Source of the DNA: Massalongia carnosa | Taxonomy: Eukaryota | DNA length: 64,000 nt | NCBI GenBank assembly: GCA_965645245.1 | Contig: OZ287073.1 | Span: 2,356,001-2,420,000, forward strand | Direction of reading: 5' to 3' | Shown: positions 32,929-44,461 of the stretch, in pieces | Layout: each line of letters begins with the position of its first letter | Numbering within the stretch: the stretch's first letter is position 1 | The notes under the pieces: model-generated | The model's database searches: none | Told to the model about the DNA's origin: nothing | The model's input: the letters and a program-made list of their open reading frames with translations, nothing else | Translations under genes and position numbers: made by a program

Positions 32929-34240
32929 TTGGCCATGCGACCTTACCCAAATATCAATCTAATTTCCCATACCGGACATAGAAAGGAATTCCTCGGGGTG
33001 TGCGAAAACGTGGAGGTTGATATTGGCGGAGTAGCGTCGCTTAACCACATATTTGTCATTGATGCTGCGGACCATCAACTAGTGCTAGGACAACCTTATC
33101 TTCACCAGATGCGTGTAGGCTTGGACTACCGTAACAACGAGGCAGAATGTACCATACATGCTGAAGATGGGAAACGAACTGCTAAGTTCACAGCGACTTC
33201 CGATCCTGGTAGCAAACTCCATACAGCAGAGGACCTGTTTCCGGAGGACCGAGACGAGACTTTAAACTAGCTAGCCACCATGTGCAGAACAGGTCCATGG
33301 CTGGTAGCAGTAATAAAAACCTGGAGAGAGCGAAAGTGTCGAGTTTTAGGGTTGGACTATCGGAGAATAAATCTTCCATTCCATTTAACAGGCCCGGCCT
33401 GTTAAATCAAATAGCCCTAACTCCTACAGCGACTATTGCGGAAGAGGCAGCGATGGACCACTATATGCGCGCCTTCACACCGTCGCGTTCAACTGGCTCG
33501 GTCGGACTTTCGGCTCTGAGGTTTTCTCGGAAATTCGACGTGTACACGATCAATCAGAACAGGGTGTGAGGGCGACGCAGTAGTGTGAGGGTTGATACGG
33601 CATACAAACAGAAGGCAGTCAAGGTTCGACCAGTGAATTCTGACCAGTCGGATGGCACCATACCTGGTGGAATGGCAGATTGGAAAGCGAAGGCGCTAGA
33701 GAAAGAGAGAGGTCTACCAAAGTCAGAAAAGTTTCCTGATTGGCTAATTCCAAAGTTCTCGACAATATTCAAAGGTTCACGATTGACACCGGAACGGCTG
33801 CAGCGAATGAAAGTGGGCGACAGTATGACGTCTGCCTAGAAAGAAGTGTTGACCCAGATGTTATACAACCGAGAAGCAGCGCTGTCATGGGAGTTTTCCG
33901 AGATGGGCAGAGTCAAACCTGAGGTGTCTCCACCATGTAAAATCAACACCATTCCACACGAGGCATGGTAGACCCCATCATTCCCATTGCCAAGGGCCCT
34001 GGTACCGATGGTGATAGAGATGCTGAAGGACCGACTGCAGCGAGGAACGTTGGAACCTTGTCATGGTCCCTATCGAAACCCATGGTTCATAGTGAAGAAG
34101 AAAGAGAAAAATAAGTACCGATTAATTAATGCGGCCCTAGACATGAACAAAGTGACCATCCGAGACGCAAATCTGCCACCTTCGGTAGACGAATTCTCAG
34201 AGGACTTTGCTGGCTGCCACATCGCTTCCTTGATCGACTT
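32929..34240 (+). mobile_element. Ty3/gypsy protease-to-RT fragment with stops
   Basis: LVLGQPYL protease C-terminus, YKQKAVKVRPV, PYRNPWFIVKKK...YRLI, EDFAGCHIASLIDLF; TAG stops near 33837 and 33968. Confidence 0.82.
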
Positions 34241-36160
34241 GTTCGTGGATCTGGAAGCCAAGACGTGTACTTGTCATGATTTTCAGGATTATGAGATGCC
34301 ATGTGATCATGCCGTTGCGTTGTGTATGAAGCAAGAAAGAGAACCAGAGGATTTTGTCAGTCCCATCTTTACAGTCGCTGAGTACAAGGCAACATACCAG
34401 TGATTTTTACAACCTATTGATCTCAATGTTCTCGCAGCGGCCGATGTGAAACCACCAGAATTTGTAGTCCAGGCTGGTCGCCCAAAGATCACTCGGGACC
34501 TTCCGCGAGTGAGGTTTCTGCTAGTACTGCAAGTAGTAGATCCAAAACTGCTTCTGTCTCTCAATCTAGTCACAACGAAGATGAAGTTGATAAAGAGAAT
34601 GACAATAATAGCGACAGCAATCATGACGGCGAGAGCGACAATATGAGTGTTAATACAGACATAAGTGACTGGAAAGGATTCAGTGATCGTTCTTTTGTTT
34701 TTAGGTCTCGCAGATTCTCGGCTCAAAACGATGAAGATATTGCGACCGAGAGTGACAAGAGTTTTACATCTCATCGCGACAAAAATATTACCCTCGAGAG
34801 TGAAATGAATTCCTCATCTCGGTCTCAATCGTCGTCAATTGTAACAGACTCATCGGAAGAGACTAAGGAAGAGCAGAAGAACTATACTCGTTGGGCTATT
34901 GGATGGTTAGACATGGACGAGGCACAGTTACAACAATTTCAAAGGTTTGATATGAATCAGACATTTGCTGGAACACTACAGGGACATAGAAATTACAAAC
35001 GTCGCTTTCCAGAGGCGGCCGATGAAGATGGTCGCAAAAAACGAATACTTTATGCTAAACAGGTAGGTACCCACCTTAAGATTAATTCATGGCTAATCAT
35101 TGAGAGCAGGGTCGAAGATATCTGACAGAGCGACAGTATCAAATTATCGTTCCTCATTTCGAGCATATAGCTCCAGCTCCATCGTCGCATACTTCAGTTC
35201 TTAGAAAGTTGTTCACCCGCCCATTATGGACGTATCCTCAAAGACGATGTCCTCTTCCTCTACGCATTCCATTAGGAGAGCCAACACCACTTTCGGAAGG
35301 GGAGAGAACACCAGTGGGCTATAATTCTGATGACTTTCTGTACGAAAAAGACGATGCATTATCGGAAGAGAGAGAGGAAGTCGAGAATACATTAGCAGAA
35401 GAGCGACAAGAAGTCGAGAATATATCAGTGGATGAGCGATGGATGAGCGACAGGAAGCTGAGAATATACTAGCGGAGGAGCAAATTTGGAGCATGCTAGA
35501 GAAAGGTAAAGAACGTGACCGGGCACTGATCTTACCTCGTAAATCTAGATCTGGACGGATATTGAAACCTACTGTGAGAGCGCAAGAAGCTTTACAAAGC
35601 ATGCCAACTTAGTGAAGGCAGCTTTAGAAAGCTCTAGAGAAGTGTCATTGACTGACTTAATAAACAAGTCACCTCCTCGAAAACGACAAAGGCGAGGGAC
35701 AAAGTCGAGTCAATAGATGGGTCTAGAGATTATCCTTACAGAGAGAAAGGATAAGCAATCGTGTTTTCTGTCATGAAGTGACAGCATCTGCCGGCTAGCT
35801 ATGTTTCATGTGCCATTTCTTCGGAGGCGATTTTTTTGGTGAAGGAATGACATATCGAAACATGACAGTCTGGGATGGAAAATTAGATCAAGATATTGTA
35901 TTGTGATGTTTTCCGTATATTTTTGTATAGGTATCTAGTCGCTTTTCCTCGTGCTTGTCATTTAATCGTGCGGTCGCAATATTCCAAATGACCTCAAATG
36001 ACCTCTTTAAATTAATTACAGTTCTTGGGGGTCATCGTGACGGCGCCAGAAGCAAAATTACGTGTATATTACGGTACTTGACCCCCAAATAACCCCCAGG
36101 CAAGATGGGGGGGTTATTTGGGGGTCATCTCAGTAATTTGCCGATCTTAGTAATTTGCCG
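34241..36160 (+). mobile_element. 3' part of a Mutator-like (MULE) element: SWIM finger, acidic tail and probable right terminus
   Basis: VDLEAKTCTCHDFQDYEMPCDHA SWIM motif; hairpin at 36079-36127 and an AGTAATTTGCCGA repeat near 36160. The extent is inferred. Confidence 0.55.
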
Positions 36161-36430
36161 AATAGAATAACATCCACGAAGCAGTAGAAGTCCGCCAGCG
36201 ACGAAGTAACAGATGACAGAAGATGGAGAGCGAATGGACAGCAAATTAAGTGGACAACAGATTAAGTAGTAGTTGGACAGCAAATAAAGTAAGAAGTTAA
36301 TTAATCAAGCAACAGGTATATAATACATGAATTGACAAATGCACTACTTCACTTACTGTTCATCTGCTGCTTCGTTTAGTACTTCACCTGTGCCTACCTT
36401 AGGATAATCGTTTCAACGATAGACGTATTA

Positions 36431-38541
36431 CAGTCGAACCCCGCCATAACGATGGTGGCGTTTTACCAAAATAATATCGTTATAGCGGGTTTTTCGTTAT
36501 ATCGGGGGAGATGTGGAAAATCATGGTAAATTTACTACTTTGCCCCCCTATAAACTCCCAATTCCCCCCCCTCGTCCCCAGCAACTACCCAAGTGCTTAA
36601 AGTAGATTGTTTTTGACTGTTTTGCCGTCTTTCAAACAGCCCCCGTTCATGCCTTCGTAATTGACGAAGCATGCCCATATCGCCCTTCAACTGCTGTTCT
36701 TCATGCAGTCTCAGGATCCTACAAGCCTCCTGTGCTTGACAGACCGTTATAACAGGTGTAACTTCCACCTCTTCATCCGTCTCAGCGAGCCTTTCCTGCT
36801 CCGCATATCGTGAAACGATATCATTCATAATATCTTCATTTGTGTCCCCTATAGCCTCCTCGGGCGGGTTTATAAATTGATGAATGTTCATCGCCTCTTC
36901 TATTCTACCCATGACCTGCATCTGACGTATGTCCTGTGTAATCTCTTGCAAAACAGTCTCTGACTCGACCCATCTCGAGGTTCTTGGTTGATTGAAGGGT
37001 GCTGAACCCCAATCAATGACTCCTGATCGCCCCCAGCAGTTCTGTATGGTGGAAGGTTTGACGTCGTTTTCCCATGCTGAAATGCCCCATCGAATGACAC
37101 GAAGAACATTTATGGAGGCAGTCGGATCTTATCCAGCATCGAAAGAACTTACCATGAACTTGACGAGTTGTTTTCGTACATAGACCTTCCAGTTTTGTAT
37201 GATGCCTTGATCCAAAGGTTGATGTAACGAGGTGGCATTTGCAGGTAGCCACGCAATGCGAATATTCTGCAAAACACCTGGATAGACGAATTTTAGAAAT
37301 GATGTCATGATTAATTATAACGTTAACACATCGATTTATTTACCTTCATCCATCAAAATTTTCACAGCCAATTCGTGAGCACTGAAATTATCCATCAACA
37401 ACAAAATCGATCGTCCATTTATATGACCATTTAACCAATGCAAATATTCTCTCATGATGATGTTATTATTCCAGGCCTTGGGATTATACCTCCAAACAGC
37501 AGAATTTTGGCATCCCGAAAACAATTTGGCCTTTTGGCCTTACCAATAAACCAGATATCAGGTTTATCCGACCCATCAGCATTACATGTGAAAGCAGTGA
37601 TTCCAGCCTGTTAAAATTAGAACTCTGCCAAATCGAAGCAGCTTACTGTGAAAAACACACCTTATCCTGCTTCTGACCGGCGTGCCTCTCAGTACCAAGA
37701 GATCGATGGGGTGCCATTTTCCAAAAAAGCCCAGTTTCATCCATGTTATAAACGTCTTGGGCAGCATATTCAGATACTAATTTACGAAGATCAGTCATTA
37801 TCTGCTGTACATTTTCGCTTTGATCAGCTGAACCAGCCTCGCCATGATGAATGCGTTGTTTGAGTCCTCGTCGTCTTTTAAACCGATCCAGCCAGCCATT
37901 GCTCCATTTCGGAGTGGGAATACCTTCATACTGAGGCAGTTTGTTCCACAACTCGGTAGCCTTGGTCCGTAGCACGTCAGCATTAACAGTGAGACTGGCC
38001 TGTTCATATCGCTGCTCCCATTCAAACAAGGCATCTTCTAACACAGGCCATTTGGGAATAACCTCCGTTTGATTGAACTCGCCTCCTCTTTATCATCCAA
38101 GTAAGCATATTTGGAACCAAGAATCTCGCTGATAGATGCACTCCCAGGCACATATTTATACTCTCTTTTCCACCACATGCGACAGTCGTTCTGAGTCACT
38201 TTATCCTTTGAATCATCATTGTACCGGTCCCGAAGAGCTTTTCGCTGAATATTCGTGATTCCATGACGGGTTTTTTTTCGAGGGGGGAAGTTGACAAAGA
38301 CATGGAGGCAGGCCGTTCTCGAGACATATTTACAGCAGAATCGTAGCAAAAATATGATAGTTTTACCACCTCGCTATAACGAACGTCACCAAAAATATGA
38401 AAATAAATTTCGTTATATCGTAATGGAGGGGTTTTTCGTTATAACGAGGTTTTTACCATATAACTACAAAAAATACGAAAAATAATTTCATTATGCCGAG
38501 GTTTTCGTTATACGGAACTTCCCTATAGCGGGGTTCGACCG
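36431..38541 (-). mobile_element. pogo/Tigger-like DNA transposon with a frameshifted, intron-containing transposase
   Basis: TIRs CAGTCGAACCCCGC / GCGGGGTTCGACCG, TA on both sides; SNGWLDRFK (CENP-B HTH), NMDETGLFW, LMDNFSAH, HQPLDQGII. Confidence 0.88.
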
Positions 38542-39409
38542 TAATAGTGTTCCTAGATACCACTGAGCGAGGTTTCCCTCGCCGCCAGCTCGCCTTTGCT
38601 GGCTGTTGCTTAGATATGCTGAAGGGGATTTGCTCTTTGTGCTCTGCTCTCTAGCCTGTGGGGCTGGTCTAGCACCTCCTTGAGTAGAGCGAGGATCGTG
38701 AGGCCGGAGTTACGGGGACGATTTTTAGACATGTTTCGCGAGTTCGACGATGAAGGAATCCGCCATACCAGCAGCTTGTCCACCCCAACCACCCTAGGCC
38801 ACCTGTTATGCCAGCATGGAGGCCATACCCCCAAAAACGAACGACTAAAATCGGCAGGCAACAATCAACGGATCTAGGATCTTCAACTAAATAAATTGGG
38901 CTTAGCCTACTATCTAGCGTAAGCGAATTCCAATACCAGCTCTCCAGCATCAACATCAAACGCTCTAGCTCCAGTATCAGCTGCCCCAGCACTAGAGCAC
39001 GTGGGCGCGATCCTCTCCACCATGTGGCGGAATAAAATAGAAAGGATTTAAACGGTAGCTTGCAGAGTAGTGTCACTCTGGGAGGTAGAAAGATACCTAC
39101 ATGCATTGGAAGGAGGGAGTAGGACTTGATCAAGTGATGATCACGAATTGTGCTCTGCTAAATAGCTGCTGTGGGGACACAGGTTGCCAAGTCTCTCTCG
39201 CTTCGGCCACCCAAAAAAACCCCTTCCAATTTCCCCGTTAAATTCATCACAAACATCATTATTTACACACAAAATGAATAGCACCACGTGTAGAAGGCAT
39301 GATGTAGTAGAAATAGAAAAGATGTGATTTTGTTGGTGGCACGTGGGGGGATCAGGGGTTAACCTCGGCCCAACGTTGCATCTTTTTTTTTCACCCGCGT
39401 GGGGCAATA

Positions 39410-39960
39410 CTAAGGTCCTGCAAGATTTATTCAAGCTGATCGTATCCAAAGGTCTAGAACGTCTGAAAGTTCTAGGTGCCCAAGGTGGCCGGTCTGCTGC
39501 CCTCATCTTTTTAGATAAGGGGTAACGAATAACGGTGCTGGCTTTCTGCTTCTCGTTATCACTCGAACGGCAGTACTGGATCAGGTCTTTAATGGGTTTG
39601 GTGGACCGACCAATGCAAATCAGCCGAATCTTGTCCTCTCTTGCAGACCCTTCAATCAATGAGAGCTGCTCCTTGCATCGGCCAATCCAGAACGGTCTTC
39701 CATCATGTCAGCAAAAATATGTTCCATAGTCTGGTTGATATGTCGGAGGCACTTTGAGTTCCCAATCGCTAAGTTCAAAGCTGTTACTCGGGTCGATGTT
39801 GCTCTTCATATTATCCCAGTAATCCCATGGAAGCACCACATTAGCCCTGGCCTGCAGGGAGCGTGCGGTTTTGACCATGCGCTGCTCAGTAACCCAATCC
39901 ATGAAACCAGAATAGATCGTCATAGGATTCAATAATGACCGTGGAGATTAAGTACCGCGA
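39410..39960 (-). pseudogene. N-terminal fragment of a BCS1-like AAA ATPase gene
   Basis: YQPDYGTYF...IRLICIGRSTKPIKDLI...SRPLDTISL is the BCS1_N pattern; contains a stop and lacks the ATPase domain. Confidence 0.6.
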
Positions 39961-40669
39961 GGTCAGTGTTCAAATGCTCTCACTTGCGATATTGACTGTT
40001 ATCCTTGCGATGTAAAATGAGAGGCCGATTGAGAGGAAAATATCAGGTTTGGTGCCGAGAATATCCATCGACAGTTGGGAGATAACATGACATACTTCTT
40101 GAATATGCGAGTAGATGGCTTTTCCTGTGATTGATTGACGATTCCGTCAACGTGTTGACGGAAGGCGAAAGAAAGAGCGAAGAAAACAGAGCAGAGCAGG
40201 ATAGCTCTTAAAACCAAGCTGCCAGTATACATTATGAACTCCTTCATTGCTCTTCATTCTCGCTGGGGAAGTCTCTCCTATCTATATACATGCACACTAT
40301 CGATGCTTTGGACTCAGCGATCAGCGATATGAGTGGATTACGCTATCTCAAATTTAATCGGGTTTAAACAATCACCGCCCACAATGCTGCTTGATCCGGC
40401 CTGTCGTCGGGACTGACAACCATTGCAGGTGTGCGTTCAGCGATCCCAATTCGCTCTATAATGCAGAAAACTGCGTGCCGTAGAACGTCAGAGGGGTGGT
40501 CCTCTAGCAAGATGCTCCGCGCTCAAATAATAAATCATCCTCGCACCAAGGCGTTCAGTTAGGCAATCAACCACTTCAGTGTCGAAGCGCCTACTATGTA
40601 CGGAAGGTCCCCAGCCTATCAGAAAGTTGAAGAAAAACATAAGCTAGTTGAGGTCTCGGACGATGTACC

Positions 40670-40841
40670 TTGCGTCGACGCTTTGTCAGATTCTAAGATG
40701 AAGATCATTGCGTCAGAGCCTGCGTCGGCCAAGAGGCAGAGAGAGTTTTTTGGAGATAGAATTAGGAAGCTAAAGGAGGGACATAGGATCCTTCAAGATG
40801 TTATCAGGAGCGCTACGTTGCAGAAGACAGAAGACTTATGA
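40670..40841 (+). pseudogene. Second dynamin-family GED-like fragment
   Basis: LSDSKMKIIASEPASAKRQREFFGDRIRKLKEGHRIL. Confidence 0.55.
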
Positions 40842-43800
40842 TGTTTCTAGCGCTAGCGCTGGCGGAGTGCGTGGGGTTGGAGTAGGAATGGCTTGGTTTC
40901 TTCAGGTAAGTATCATCTATCGATATCTTCTAACAGTCCTCATACCTCTTATAAGGATTCCAAGCCCCAGGCACCTTAACAACTACCGCATGCGATTCCG
41001 AGACGTCTACCCTCATTTCCATTCTACAACCAAGCCAGGCAAGACCCGTAGAGGCTGTGACCCGGCCGGCACCAGACCAATTGCATGTTTTGACACGCCA
41101 TCAAGTAGCGCCGAAATTCCTGCAAAAGTGGGCTAATAGGTGGACTAGTATTGGCAAAGCTAGTAGGTCTTGTTTCCTGGTGCGGTGTTTTGACACTTCA
41201 TGTAGAAGTAGTGCGCAGATCTCCAATTATGTTAACGGCACTTCAGTCAACCTGTCAGAATATAATATATTCGAATTCTCCACTTATCTCAATGGAGTAG
41301 GATACAACTTGTCAACGTTCTCCACTTCTCCCAACGGCACGCTAGCAACCTTGACAGGATATAATGTATCAATATTCTCAGCATTTCCCCACAATACCTT
41401 TAGTATCTCCCTCGCCATCAATCTCTTGCCATCAATGAGCTCCCTTGTCACTTATGATCGGCCTATTCACGGAATCAATGTTCACAAACGTGTATAACGC
41501 TTTCATCATCTTTTCAACCTCTTCGCGTTGGCCTCTGACACGCTCAACGCTATTTCCCAGCATTAGAATTAATTCTCCCATCTGGGCTCCCCATCTTATC
41601 ATAGTCTTCATTCCTATTTCTTCCATGTTTTGATTGAAGTACTCAATACTTGCTTGTCAGCTTCAGATGCTGTTCCTGCACAGCTTCGTAATTGGATGAA
41701 GCGGAGCCATGTGCAGTCAGCTTCGCAATATCCATCTTCATCTGAGAGTGGACTTGGTGCAAGGATGCTAGCTGAGCTTTCGTTTTCACTAGAGTGGTGC
41801 ATGGGCAGGACGATTCAGAGGCGATTCTGAGAGGTTCGCGAGGAGCGGCTTCGGAAATAGTCAATGCTGCGTATTCGGATTTAAGAGACTGGATTTCGTG
41901 GAAGAGTTTTTGCAGAGCTATGGCATGGGTCTCCCTCTCGACCTGGCGATTGTGGTGTGCATCGTTCAAGTCAGTCTCAAATCTGCTTTCTTAGCGACAT
42001 ATGACCTTGACACATGAAGGAAGTTTTCGCCGGCTTTGACTAGGTCATCTGGATAAAAAATTATATCACTCAGCTTGAGATATTCTTCGCTCAAGGCTTT
42101 CAAACTGTTAGAGGATTATGGCTGGACGAATCGGTGACCTGCTGGAATATTTGCGGCGTTTACAGAGGTAAGAAGAGGACTGCGGTTCAAATTCGGAACC
42201 TTCTCGTATCAGGGATCCATAAATGTTATTTGATGTGCCTGCACGCTCAAAAAGTGCAATAGCGCTTTGAGTGGGCAAAGGTGGCTGAACGGTGAGTATT
42301 AATCTTAATAGCAGGATGAAGCTGTTACCACAAATTCATGTCTACACGTCGGATTTTCATGATCAGCTACTGAAGCAGCCAAGCTCTCATTTACGTTAAC
42401 GTTGTTTTTATTGACTGACGTCCAACCGGCTATCCAGATATGGAGCTTTATTCGTTTCGATATTTTTTACCAATACAACAACGTTAGTTGGCGCAATCTT
42501 AACTTTCAAAAAGAACCGTTATAAACTTACCAGACAAATTTCCTCCCCTTTCTTTTCACGTTGTAGGGGTGGAACGATGATTAAAATTCAAATTGCTAGT
42601 GGTTCGGGAGTTGGTTTGTCCGACTGAGGCCTGGCAAGGTCGTGGGGAAGTCAGGTGACATTTAGATATAGATAGTTCTTTTCCTTTAGACACAGAGCAA
42701 GCATGCTCGCAGAATAGCATCAACACATACAGTTCACAGGCACGAGGCACGAGGCACGAGGCGCGAGGCGTGAGGCATACAGTGACCAGTCTAGCTATTG
42801 TTCTCATTCTATTGTCTTGTTCTTCTCTTATTTGTTTGTTCTATTGCACTCCTAGCAGTAGTGGACCACGCACACCACCCAATTCATCCTTCCACAACGT
42901 CTCGCAGGAGAGGGTAGCATCGCGCGGGACTTATCATGTGCAATTACAACACCCAGGACACCGGATACTGTTGAGGCAAGCAATAGCAAGAAGAAGGCCA
43001 AAACAATAGAAATGGGTGAGTAAATCCTTTAGATAGCAAGTCTACTAAGATGCTAGAACTCTAGAGTAGCCAGCACCTAGGGGATCACGATGGCGGTGAC
43101 AAATCTACTCGAGAGGCTTGATAGATCAACGCCATCAGCAGCTTATTCTATAACACAGCAAGGACTGATCGATCCGAAGGCGTAGTAAGTATTCAGCAAT
43201 AGCTGGCTAGAATTGTTTGTTTGTTCATAATCGTAACCGTTCGCGCCGTCAAGCTTGCGGTTAACAGGATGAACCAGGCGTTTTATTTGCTTGCACGTTA
43301 AAGATGTAACTTCAGGGGGCTGCATCAAAGAATGTGATCCGCCATTCGGTTGGGTGTAATCCATGTGAGGACTAAAATATGATAGTTAGCACTCGAGCTG
43401 CTTCCATGGAATGGTCGAGGCAAACTCCGGAGAACGAGAATATGAAGATCGCTCAAGTGTTGTCGCGTGGCTTTCGCTCGAGGAGGAAGCTATACGGGCA
43501 GCAGTCAACTGTGCTCCCTGAAGCGGTCATTAATAATTTCTCCCGCTTCAATCTTTTACAGAATATCACTCGAACTCAACCCCCATGAAGACACAGCTGG
43601 CTTGCATGAGGAATTGCATTGTCTTCAAGGATCAATGCTACCAATGCAAATACAAAAGCTAGGGTATAACAAACAATCGCTGCTCTTTCTTTCCTAAATT
43701 CGATCTTTCAAAGTAACGTAACCATCGTTCTCCCCTTCCGCGCCCTTTCTCACACTCCGATAACAGTTTTCACTCTGAATCTCCATCTCAAGCCTTGCCT

Positions 43801-44461
43801 CCAGCCCACTCGACTTCTTTGCCGCATTTCGATAGCACCAACTTAGGCCCTTCACCCCAGCCATTGCTGACAGCATCAACCGCATGGATGAGAAACCTAC
43901 GATGCGCCATCTTTTTCGCCGTTTGCAGACCGAACACTTTCACCTCTCCAGAGTCCGGTAGCGTCAAATCGTCAGGGCGTTCGATATTGTAACGGTGTCC
44001 AAGAGCCTCCTGTAGTTAAGTCTAATTTGGTCCATCTACGATGCTTTGTTGGTAGAAGTTGAACATTCAACATTTTTTGAAGTGTTTATTAGTTATTTTT
44101 TCAAAATAATTTAATCAACTCAAATGCGATTTGTAATATTCTTAAAGATAGAAATTCTTGTAAAAATTCGCATATTTAACATTTATGTGATTGCATAATT
44201 TTATATATAAAGGAGAGAAGAGACTTTCACCTGACCCCCGCCAAGGCCTCTCCGAAAAATGTGACTCCCGAACCCGCTATCAGTATAGGTTTTAGAGCCC
44301 CATAACGAAACATCTAGAAGATGCTAGAAGCACGCCTCTTTCAATATAAATATCTAAGGTCCCCCAAACCTCTCTCTACAATAGAGATTATAAAGAGAAC
44401 ACTAAGATATATTAACAGATGTATTATTGAATGATATACTTAATAATCGCTTAGACTAGTT

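Noticed and set aside
41050..43990. Several short ORFs, including a coiled-coil-like stretch at 41432-41969
   Set aside because: No recognisable motif or coherent exon structure; probably decayed genes that cannot be named from sequence alone.
44010..44072. Short match to the end of the LTR at 59668-59926 (TGGTAGAA.TTGAACATTCAACA)
   Set aside because: Probably a solo-LTR scrap, too short to delimit.
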